NCBI GenBank assembly: GCA_012295275.1
Contig: CM022674.1
Span: 13,764,001-13,828,000 of the forward strand
Source: Chrysomallon squamiferum
Lineage: Eukaryota; Animalia; Mollusca
Direction: 5' to 3'
Length of the DNA: 64,000 nucleotides
Shown in pieces: positions 51,893 to 64,000 of this stretch; the first letter of the stretch is position 1; the number at the start of each line of letters is the position of its first letter. The notes under the pieces are model-generated. The model made no database searches. It had not been told where the DNA came from and was given only the letters and a program-made list of their open reading frames with translations. A program made the translations under genes and the position numbers.

Positions 51893-54800
51893 AACAAACC
51901 TTTTAACTTAGACAAAATAAAAAATTTGTTTTATAAATACTTGTTCAGTTAGACATGTTAAGAAACAGTTATCATAACTGAAAAACGTCTAGCAAATTTT
52001 TACGTGCTTATTGAGAGAAACATTAGAACTATGAAAAAGTTCTAAAAATTATCTTTTTTTAGTTCTTTTTCGATGTTTCAAAAAAAAAAAAAGTGCTAAC
52101 TGAAGAGACCATGCAGAAACAGGGTTCTGATATTAATACATTAATCTGTTTAAAATGAAATTCTCAACGCCGCCAAAAAAAAAAAAAAAAAAATAACGGC
52201 AAACCACAATTTAATTTTTGTGTAACGATTTTTGTTACCATCTGTAAATTGGCTGCTTATTTCAAGTTTGTTTATAGAAGAAGAAAAAAATAAAATTATA
52301 TTTGATTATAATTCAATAGTGATGCTTCGTTAAAAGTTAAATGTTATTTTATTTGACCTTTGTAATATAGAAATTATTATGTATCTGAGAAAGTTTATTT
52401 TGTTCACTGGAACATTTAAATACTGTGAAATAAAATCCTTTTTATTATTTTTTTAACTGGTTAATAATAATTCCACTAAAAAATGAGTAACAATTAGTTT
52501 AATGTTTATTCCAGCTTGTAATGTCTTCTGTATCAAAGGCTCTGTTTTTTGAATCATTAAGAAATATGATTTTTGGTTTATATTTTTATTTTAACTTATG
52601 CAGTAAATCAAAATTAACATCTTGTGTTGTTGCCATGTTAATAAAATTTAAAATCTTAATATTTTTCTTCAATGTTTGCATTAGTAATAAAAGATTATTT
52701 TATACTTCAAAGCCTTTATTTCAATTTGCTAGTTGAAAAACTGAAAAACTTGTATATGAGCAATTTTTCTGTTTGTTATTTTATATGGTAAGAATATAAA
52801 TGAATCAAAATTAATTTTTAATGTTTATTTATGTTGTAAATTTCATCTGTATAACAGGCCACCTCTGTTTTCTGATTTATAGATCAATTTATTTTTTGAT
52901 TTAATTATTTAATGTAACTGATGGCAGTATATTCAAAATAAAAGCAATTTTTCTGTTTCTTGCCTTAAATAACAGGAGGATAAATGCAGAAAATAATTAT
53001 TTACATTTAAAAAAAAAAAGAAACAAAAACATTGATATAGCAATATTTATTTCATAAGCAGTGACATGAAGGTCAAAAACATGTTCTAATATTTGTTTTT
53101 TGAGCACTAATTGAAAAAATAAACTAAAAAAACCTATATTCCTCCTACAGTATAAAAATAAATCAACATCAATAATGGATTATCAAATATAATAAAAACA
53201 AGATTAAAACAGCAGCTATTTTGTAGTAAATTTAGTCGATGTACAGAAACAAAATATGAATAATTTTTTTTGCTTTTCAAAAAGCTTTAAAAAAAACAAA
53301 CAAAATTATAAACTGTAGTGTGATGTGTATATGAAGCAAGTTGCAATGATTTTGAAAATTCAAAATTAATGTTCATTTAAATATATATTTTAACAATTAA
53401 CAATCTTATGCATGACCATAAATATTAAAGAGTGTGTGCGTGTGTGTGTGTAATAACTGGGCTTCAGCAGAGTGCATCCTGTTTCAGAATTTACACAATA
53501 TTACTTATAATTATTGTTACATCAGTTATAATCATTTGTGAAAAAAATATTTAAATACATTAACTATTTTTCCATAGAAATAGAAATTTCCACTTCCACT
53601 TTTCATAATTTTCTTTTTACACATGTGAAAGATCCAATATGTAATATTAAAAAAGATGCTTAATTTAATTTATAAATTAAAAGATTGGAAGAGAATGGTA
53701 ATAGTTACAGTATCAGACATAAATATTATTGAAATAATTATAACATGTAAGATAGTCTATTGATTTCCATTTTACTTGAAATATAACACATTTTATGATT
53801 TTTAAGTTAAAACAAATAAATTCACTATACATTACTGATGAATTTAATAAATAATAAAAAATAAAAATAAAAAAAATAAACCTCTACAATATATGACAAA
53901 TAAACTATTAAATTAAAAATAATGTTAAAACAAATAACAACACCATAGATTACTGATAAATTTTAAAAATAGATATAAACATGTCTACTATCCTAGCTGA
54001 ATAAAAGAAATACCTAATATAAAGCTACTAACAATTGTTAAAAGTTTAAAACCATAGGCACAAGGTGTAAAACATCAAAATATGAATTTACTATTGCAAC
54101 ACACATTAAGTAACCTTGAAAATAAATTACAAAAAAAAAAGAAAAAGAAATTTAAAACCATATTTCACAATTCAGACAATGTATACACTTACAATATATT
54201 TTATTACTGGCAAAAGAAAATAAAAAAAAAATAGCATAAGTAAAAAACTAACAGGAAAAGTACTATTTTACAGAATAACAAGATTTCAAAATCTTCCAAA
54301 ATTTAGTCAAAAAAAAGGGATATAACAAAAAAGAAGAAGAAAAAAAGAAGAGAAAAAGATAAAAATTAAAAGAAATTAAAAATTAAAATTTAAAAAAATT
54401 CATAAAAATGATAAATTTAAATAAAGAATAAATTAAAAAATAAAAAAGAACACTAAATTACTTTTCTATGGAATAATTTAAAAAACAAAATGAAAGAAGT
54501 AAATAAAATTTAATGATTACATACAGAAAAAATCAGAAGTAAAGTACAGAATTATTTGTCTTTGTAGAAACCATATATAACACAGTATTAAATAAAAAAA
54601 TTCAACTTGTTTGTTGAAAATAAAATGAAAGAACTGATACAAGCAAGGAATGTATGGTGTTGATGTAAAAAAGGAATGTACAATTTCAATGAATGCTTTT
54701 GTCAGCATAGGAATGTTAAAAACTGTTGAAAAGAGGTTATATTTTAAAATTAAAATAAAATAGAAGCATGATATTAACAATTATGTTAGCTTAAATTATT

Positions 54801-55296
54801 TTATAATAATAACAAATATTTTAAACCTGAGGAATAAATAAATATTTAAATTTATTTTTAAATATTATTTATTTAGTCAAGCCCAAACAAATATGTAATC
54901 ATTTTTAACTTAATGATTTACATTAAAAGAGATTTCTAATTATTCAAATTATAACTGACTAAGTATATTTGCATGTGTGTATGTGTGTTTATACACACCT
55001 GTACAAAGTTTAATCAAGATCCACATTTTCAGTGAGCAAAAAAAATAAGGTCTTGAGTAGTCTGCAGTATTTCTTGTACATATTAATTCAATTTATTGCA
55101 CATCCACTTTCATATCAACTTAACTTATGCACATGTATACCTGTCTGTGTGTGTATGTGTGTAATATATATGCACGAATGCCTCAGATATTCCATTTTTT
55201 TGATGTTTATATGTTCCTTTATTTGATGCCATTTTCATTAATATTATTTCTTTTAAAATTACAAACATTTGAACGTATATATGGTGAAATTCAAGG

Positions 55297-55331
<35 letters not shown>

Positions 55332-55658
55332 CTTAATTATTTATTTGTTTGTTGCTATTATTATTATATCTGGAAATCTAGGGTTTAAAGCAACTGACAT
55401 TAGATTTCATTTTTCATTTTTATTTTTTACAGTTTATTGACAATATCAGCATGGTAACAACAACATTCATTATTTTATTAATGTCATTTAGAAACACTAA
55501 CGAAATTTTTATATTAAATTTTTTAACTCATAATTTTTATGATTAACTCAAGTATAGCATTAATTCTATTTTTTATTTAAAACATTGATTTTTTTTTTTC
55601 CCCAATAGAATTCTGTAACCACAAAGAAAGAAATAAAATCAAAATCATCTTATTAATG

Positions 55659-55846
55659 TTATGTTGCGCCATGTTTATTCAGAGATTTTATTTGTTTTAG
55701 CATAAATTCTGTTACTGATCTTCCTCGTTCAAGCAGATGTGAAGGCAGCAAGGATATGAACAGTTTGACCTGAAAAATAAAAAATAAAATAAATAAAATA
55801 AACAAATAAACAACAAAATTAAATAAAAAATAAACAAACAAACCAA

Positions 55847-55881
<35 letters not shown>

Positions 55882-57908
55882 ACCAAATATATTCTCTTAA
55901 CAGAAAAACACATTAAAAAAATATATAAAAACTGGTATCTGCGAATGTAAGAAAACAAATGTGGATTGAAAAGAGAATATTTCATTACTTGTTTAACTTC
56001 CCTCAATGAATTAATTACAGGTCACTAATTTGTTTTTAAAATAATGATGGATCACCACTGATGAGATAAGTCTCAACTTCACTGATTATTGCTGATGGAA
56101 AAAAATATATATTATGTCTGTTTGGGGTAAGTATTTTACAATCTTCCTTTCTTCCTTTGATTTAACTAGGCCAGTTATCTTTATAAACACACAGGTGACT
56201 GTGGGCTGAACAATTCTAAATGGCATTTAAAAATAATTTCATGTTTTCCTGATGGCAGAATGAATAGCAATCTACTCTGATTTTATTTCCAAGGTAGATG
56301 ATCAACACTGTTAACAATCTCACATTAAAACATTTTGTTACGACATTATGAAGTATTCAGTCCACTGACTAAGAAGTATTTAAACCACATTAAGTATTTA
56401 CATTAAGAAGTAGTCAATCCACTGAAATTAGACCAGGGTTGTCTCCTAAATGATTACCAGCAAGGACATTGGTATCAATGACAGTAACAATGACTACTCT
56501 CATAAACTGTAGCATTACATACAGTACAGACAAGAATGTATTACAGATATATGATAACAAAATAAAAATTAAAATGCTAAGATATGTTTTAAAGCAGTTT
56601 GAAATAAAAAATGTTAATGCAGAAATGTATTCACTGACAGACATTTTTCTGAAATATAAGGTAAAAGAAATATATTTGCATTTTGGGATGTTGAAGAACT
56701 TATTATTGATTATGAGTATAGTTTACTGTAGTATTACATGAATATCCTCTATGACAAAGTCAATAAAGTTAACAATTCCTTTGATAACAACACCATATTT
56801 AGTGCATATTAAAAAGAGCCTGTGCATACTTTTCCACTAAATTTGAGGCATTGTGGTAGAATTGTCTTTGTTTTACAACCTTTCCAAAATGTGTTCCATA
56901 TGTGCCTTGTGGCACTTTAAACACATCTGAATATGACATGCGAACTGTCAGTAACAAGAACATATTTCTCCACTAGTATTGTCTTAATCTTGGACTAACA
57001 AGGGTCGACAATGGTTCCAACAAAATGCAACACCCCTCACTCTTCAGACATAACAATGGTCCAGGCAACATCAGAATGTGTTGAGATAGGATGTAAATTT
57101 ATGAAATTTACAGATAAAATATCTCTTACCTGTTCTTCAGGTGAAAGGTCATTAAAATGTGAAGGAATTTTTGATCGTTTCAAATCCCCAGCTTTCAAAA
57201 TCTCATCCAGTACTGCAAGGTAATTATTTCTGTTCATTATCTGACCTGAGACAGCTAGTGTTGCCTCTACATTGTAGGCCTAAAATGAAGAAAGAAATGT
57301 AAATATAAATATATATATATTGATTACTATGAGTTCATTATAATTATATGATCAGTGAAATCTGTATTTCAACACCTCTACAAAATATTTGCAGTTCTTA
57401 ACAGCTGAAAATAAAATTACCCAGACAAAGAACATGTATTTGCCAATAAATGTGCAAAATCTAGTAAACATGGTTCAGGTTAAAACTGTTTATTAACAAC
57501 TAAAATTAAACATTATGATGTATATATAAGATGATTATACAGGGGAATGGAGCAAAAATAAAATTTTCAAATATGCTACACCATACTAATATCAAAAACA
57601 TATTAATATACTGAATTCATAAACATTTTGAAATGATTATTATTATTCACAATTTGCATGCAGAATTGTTTTTCTTTAGTTTTATTACCACAGTGTATTA
57701 AGTGAAGATTATCAGCCACTGATAAACTTAAATTAATGTTACTGATATATCATATTAAGGTCAATTAAAGAAAAAAATCATAAAAAGAAAACTATAATAA
57801 ATAAATTAATTAATTAATAAATAATAATAATATTAGTAACAGTAGTAATACAAATAATATAATAATAATAAAAACTGTAGTAGTACTAGTAGAAATAATA
57901 ATAATGAA

Positions 57909-57957
<49 letters not shown>

Positions 57958-60900
57958 GATGCTGTATCTTAGTTCCCATTTTTACAGTTTGCACTGTTTG
58001 TTTAAATTATCACAGAAGAAAACTCATAGATAATGAAGAGAAGAAATTTAACTTGATGTATTATTTGTCAGTAAGATATAAGCATTTGAAAACAAAAACA
58101 AAAACAATAATAAAAAAAAAATATAAAAAAAAAATAAAAATAAAAATAATATAATATTAATAATAATAATAAAAAACAGTAACAATAATAATAATTATTA
58201 TTATAATCACAAAAACAACAGTAAAATGAAGAACAACAAAAAACACGATAAAGAAGAAACTAATAATAGTACTAACTGAAATTCATTCAAATTTTTCTTT
58301 AACAGGATTTAAACTCAGGTACTTTAAAAGAAGACAGTTTGTGTTGTGTTTACCTGATGGAACCATCCTGTGGGGATGATGAGGAAATCTCCTGCATTTT
58401 GTTCAAACTCGAGATAAAATGCTTTCTTGAACAGTGGGTACCGACCACTTTCAGTGGAGTCCAATGAATATGCATCAATAGGACTGAATCAGAGAAAAGA
58501 ATACAATAATAATTAAAAATTCATTTTTACTGTTTAGAAATATTTACAACAATCTGCATAAAATTGGGAGTTAGTCGAATGTAAACTAACAATAAGCACT
58601 GTTTACGTGATTACAAAAAATAATTCATTAATATGTCTTTCACTTAGTTTCCGATTTATCAACAATGGAGTAAAAATGATGATAATATCAAAATAGTCAA
58701 TTAACAAAAAACATATTACCAAAAACAACAACAACAACAACAACAACAAAAAGGATTTACACATAAAAACATTATTTATGAATCATAATTATGGATCATT
58801 ATTGTTACATCAGTTAAAACCATTAATGAAAAAAATGATTATTCAGATAATGGGAGAATACACCCATTACAATCATTTCCTTGTCTAGTCTTTGTTATAA
58901 GCAGCAAATATATTTTGTTTGTACCACCCCTCAGACAGGACTGTACATACCACAACCTTTGTTAAATGAGCTGTGGAGCACTAATGACAACGGGAAATAG
59001 TTCAGTAGGCCCATGAGAAAGGATTGATCCAGCAACACTGAATTCTGAGTGAATGCTATTTTACATCCTTCTCCATGTTTTGATTTAACGTACATAAATA
59101 TATATATATGAATATATTTTCATTACAACTTAATTATAGATACAAAACAATAATATATATATATATAATTTTTCATTACTTAATTTTATAGATGCAAAAT
59201 ATAATACAGAAATATTTTTTACTATTTCAATAATTAGTTGCATCTCTGAAGCTAAAATTCAAATGATTTTACTTTTATTTCCTGTCTTTTAAAAAAAATT
59301 GTTATTATAAATCATTAAATGTAATTTTAAATGACAATTTCATACATACTCAGACAGTTTTATCATTTTGTCAGAACCATTAAATAACTTTGAATGTGTT
59401 AAATTCATATGAAAGCAAGAGATAAAAGCATACATTAGAATATTCTATATAAAATACAAATAAAAGTTTCAGTACAAATATATTTTATTAGTTTGAATTT
59501 AAACTGATAAAGCTATCACTATGACAGTGATTTCTGAACTATATTTTAATTACCAAACATAATTTTAAACTAGAAATGAAAACACTAGCCAAATGAAACA
59601 AAGATGATTTTTCAGAACAGGGAAATATAATGACTTTTACTTCATAAATACTGATATTATTTTTAAATAGTTTTACCCTTTGTAAAAGTAAAACAAAGAT
59701 AAAGATTATGAAACAACACTAAAAACAAAAGTTAAATCAGACAGAAGTTTCAAAATAATGACCATCATTACATCAATTTTTACTTGATAAATGTGCAATA
59801 ATTGTTTTGCATCTTTTACCATTAATTCATTTAAAAAAAAAAAAAATGAAAATACAAAACAAGCCAAATAACAATTACAACTGTTAAAAACAATGAATAT
59901 TTTTGAATGACATATGTGCAACTATGTTTAAAAAAAAAATGTCTACTAATCTAAATCAACGATAGAATTTTGTAAACAGAAATGAAAATAAAACAAACTA
60001 AGCAAAATGTCATGTGCTAGTTTAAAAACAGTTAATATTTTTATGTGCCACATGTGCAGTTATTTTTAACATTTTTTCCCTTGCAAATCTAAATCACAGA
60101 CAGAACTTTTTAAACAGAACTGAAAATACAACAAAGAGAACGAGTAACATCTACAACACTTCAAAAACATTAAATATTTTTTGTGCAATAAGAGATATAA
60201 ACTTTTAATCAAAACTCAAACAAGATAAATTAAAGGATAGATACAATAATTAAAAAAACAGTGAACATTTTGACACAATACACAGTTACTTTAAACTGGT
60301 TTTAACACTAAAACAAAATGCTAAAAACAGAACTGCAAAACACAACAAGCGATGTAACAGTGACTGCACACGTTGTACCTATTATACTTTACACATTCCA
60401 GAGGAAAACCACATGTCCTGTTTGGATATACTGACAAAAGGCTGTCTTGGCCTGGTGGGAACAGCTTGTCAAAAAATAAAATCTACATTTTAAACATCTA
60501 TCAGATTTTGTTACCACCCTTTCCTTTTGCTCATGTCGAACTTAGTTTGAATATCTGACGGTAATGCCAGATATTCGTACTAAATTCTACCAATATGTCA
60601 AATGAATAAACAACTATAATTAAAATCACTGCATATATAAGTACTGGCCTGTGGGTAAAAGTATATTTATAGTATGCTAGACAGTCTCCAAATTAAAGCC
60701 CATCATTTTATTAATTTATGAATTTTTCAAGCATTAATTCAAAACAAAATAAAGTATAATTTTTGTGAGGAAAATGACAGTTTAAAACTTTTCACTAATG
60801 ATAAAAAAAAATATAATTGTACATTTTAAATATTTATTTTCAAAGTGAGAAACAAATCTGAGTTTATATATGCATTACTGTTTAATTTTACCACATCCCT

Positions 60901-63149
60901 TGAAATCAGTAAGAAAAAGTAAATTAAAAAGATGTCCGTTTCTAATAATAATTTAGAGACTGTTGGTCTATGCCATTGGCTGAGCAAAACATGAACAGCC
61001 AATCAAAATACTGGATATATCTGCACTAAAGTCTGCAAAAAAACTGTTGTGTTAATAATTTTGATTTGTTATTCAAAATGCAGGGTTTTTGACTCATCAG
61101 TGAAGGATGAAAGAGTGTGCAGAAGCAAAATGTTTAAATATACTCAGTAAAATTAGGGATTATTTTTACAAAGTTTTTGTAAAGCATCCAAATCTGTAGT
61201 GAATCAAATATGTGTGGTATTTTAGCTCTGCATTTCAGTGAAATTTTGAACACAATTTTCTTTGATTTGATAGGATTAGATAAAATAATATTTATTCATC
61301 AAACTGGAAAATTTAAATTTATGAAATTGCTACTACTACTACTATTACTAAACCAATAAAGTGATAAAGCAATTCATGCTGGTACTGTGCTTTAGTATAC
61401 TTTATTATCAGTAAAGTTTGGATGCCAATAACATATAAGAAAGTATATAAATAATTAATGTAAGTGAATTAATATTCATGACATTAATAATCCTGTCTAT
61501 ATTTATCTCTCTTATCATCATAGTTTGGATGTCAACAAAAACAGACATATATAAAAATTGATTTAAATAAAATAATAATATATATAAATTTAATAATGCT
61601 GCCTATTTTAGCATCATATTAAATAGAAATAGATAAATAATTAAATAATAAAATAGGATTTATCATATTAATAATCATGTATTCGTTCATCTAATTTACC
61701 ATCTGAGGAAACCTTTAAATAGTTAACAAAAAACAGAATTATAATGGAAGTTTACCTTCCATCTCTTTTTCCCTTTCAAGACAGCATTTGTTCCAGTCCA
61801 GTTGTAAGGGTCAATGTGCAGCATGGACCGGGAGTAGGCCGTGCCCCACAGTATCATGCAGTCCCAGGGGCGAATCTCTTCTGGAAACAGATTGAACCAG
61901 TTTTCTGCATCGAAATCCTGCAGTTAAAAAAATGGTAACTAAACGTTAGTAGCGTTTACGAGAACAATGAGATTTTGTGACTTAATACATTGTGTGTTTC
62001 CAAAGAGATTTTAATTCTTTGGTTCATGTAAATTGATTGAAGATAAGTGATAAAAAATATATTTTGATAGATTTAAAGCCTGATAAATCTTATTTGTAAT
62101 TTCTTATATAATAATATATAATATATAATATATAATTATAAAGAACAGTAGTTCAAAAACATTTAACAGGCAATATATACTTATTCTAACACAATTTTTT
62201 AAAAGAGATAATAAATAAATAAATAAATAAAATAAATACACACACACAGAGATACATATATAAAAATTAATATAAAAATACCCCCCCCATTTTTCTTTTA
62301 TTTCCTTTATGACAAAAACTGACTGGAAATATGAAAACAAGTTTAAAAGATTACAAATCTGATTTTAACTTACTTTTAACAGATTTGAGATAATAATTTA
62401 AAAAATCTCTTATTTGACAAAAATTGTAAATATTCTTTTATGTTTTTTTTTATTTTTTCCATATAAAAATCCAGTTATTTCTATTGACAATGATTTACAT
62501 ACCTTGAACAAACCCATTTGTATTCTATTCTATGAAATTCTAAAGATGCCTGTAATCTACCCTTATTTAAAAGTTATTTAATATTCTCACATTTGTTGGT
62601 ATCTGATTTCTCAGCTCCTTTCTTAATGGCAGAAACAGTTCATCTTCTAAGTAGGTCCAGCTGTTAGGAGAACTGTCATTGATATGCTCTAAAAATTTCC
62701 ACAGTGGCAAAGCTAAACTTGTAGCATCATGCAAGTGACCCTGAAAAAAAAAAAAAATAAAAATATTCCCTATGACTGTCCAAAAGTTAAAAAACAATTT
62801 TAAAGAGTATGTTTTAAAAAAAATTACAAAATGTATTTAAATACATGGGAATTTTTTTGTAAAGTGGTTACATGAAATTTGATTTTATCTTGAGTCATTA
62901 TAAAAAAAAAAAAAAAATTATGTATCTGTGGTAATAACAACATTATCATACTCTATGAAATAAATGTGGAATTTTTTATTAATTTTTTTTTTTCAGTGGA
63001 AAAATTTAATAGGATTATATGATTTATTATACATTCTTACATGCACTGCTTTCATTACCACTCGGTCGTTACCATAGTGATCATGGAAAAATTTGCTTGT
63101 CCAGCTGAAAGCCTTCCATTTTGGAACAATGTCTGTGATAAGGACAGGC
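55659..63149 (-). CDS. JmjC-domain Fe(II)/2-oxoglutarate dioxygenase (JMJD6/JMJD4-like cupin type), 5' end outside the window or not identified
   Basis: Phase-consistent exons 63149-63041, 62740-62591, 61917-61756, 60464-60379, 58483-58354, 57279-57130, 55769-55659. Motifs PVLITDIVPKWKAFSW, WGTAYSRSMLHIDP (HxD), GKKRWKLFPP and QNAGDFLIIPTGWFHQAYN (distal His). Confidence 0.9.
58890..59075 (-). mobile_element. Decayed tRNA-derived SINE fragment resembling molluscan Meta/MESC-type SINEs
   Basis: GTACCACCCCTCAGACAGGACTGTACATACCACAACCTTTGTT...GTGGAGCACT...GGGAAATAGTTCAGTAGGCCCATGAGAAAGGATTGATCC resembles, from memory, the antisense of a common gastropod SINE. A possible tail fragment lies at ~12785-12880 (...ACATACGGTTAAGGACCA). 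Confidence 0.5.
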
Positions 63150-64000
63150 CTGAATAAATAAAAAAAAATAAAATAAAAAAAGTAATAGTAATTTTAAAGA
63201 AATATATGCATAACAATTTAATTTAATTTAAATTTCATTGAGGCTTAATATTACTGGTAAAAGAATTGTTGTAAAATAAAACGTTTGTTTGTGTAGCATC
63301 CATTTTATATCTGCACTTCATTTTAAACCAAAAACAACCAGGGAATAAAATTTATTTTTTCTAAAATTCAGGTACCACAAACTATTTAAATTTCTTGAAA
63401 ATCATTAACTCTTATGGCACCATGTTTTTTTTAGAAAACACTGTACATCAAAAAAAAAATGTTTTATGCAGCTTATTCTTGTATATCCTTGTTTAAAAAC
63501 AAATCATCAAAAATACATTTTTTTTTTTAATTTTTTTTGAAAAAAAAAAACCTGAATGAATTAACAGTTATAAATGTGTATAACATTAGTGTGACGTCAG
63601 TGACTTAAGTCAATAAAGTCAGTGAGAGTTAATTACCACTTCAGTTCCAATTTTACAGTTTAGATAATAAAACCAACTGAATGGATGAGCCTATAGAACA
63701 GTTAGGAGATGCAACTTGGCTATATTCTTCATGTGGTGGGGCTGGGGAATTAGGTATGTCATTTAGCTGTAGGGGATATTAGTAGATCAAAAGAAGAACC
63801 TGACAATTTTGTAAAAGTAACTGTCCTCGAATGTTCTGATAAAACCTCTATGCAACAATGAGTTATGCAAGTGACACAGACTAATCATATGGAATAATCC
63901 ATTACAGTTTCCCATAGAAATATTCATTTAAATAGTAAAAAGGTAAAAAAATAATAATAATTTAAAAATTAAAAAAATTATTTGTGAATAAATAAATAAA

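Noticed and set aside
63690-63900. Next upstream exon of the JmjC gene
   Set aside because: No phase-compatible minus-strand donor with a convincing open frame was found.

Overview
AT-rich, microsatellite-dense, intron-containing animal DNA. A decayed SINE resembling gastropod elements and a PAN/C-type-lectin gene suggest a mollusc, but that is inference. Exons were read by hand from GT-AG sites with phase checks. Genes: (1) a multi-exon C2H2 zinc-finger gene (+, ~140-6629) broken by several 1-nt deletions in A-runs; (2) a small secreted PAN/apple plus degraded C-type-lectin gene (-, 12259-~10397); (3) a 35-exon, ~1617-aa receptor guanylyl cyclase-like gene (+, 14186-42401) with a long unrecognised beta-rich N-terminus, Venus-flytrap domain, 3 EGF-like repeats, TM helix, kinase-homology domain and cyclase domain; (4) only the first two exons of an MRPS22 homologue (+, 45974-46776); (5) a shorter paralogue of the zinc-finger gene (+, 50996-51892); (6) a JmjC dioxygenase gene (-) running off the right edge. 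Tigger/pogo, hAT and other MITE relics are also present. The best lead is the receptor cyclase, which keeps both metal-binding Asp but has lost the catalytic Asn/Arg pair like the soluble GC alpha subunit. Secondary leads are a structured GC-rich island at ~44.0-44.26 kb and minisatellites seeded on exon ends.
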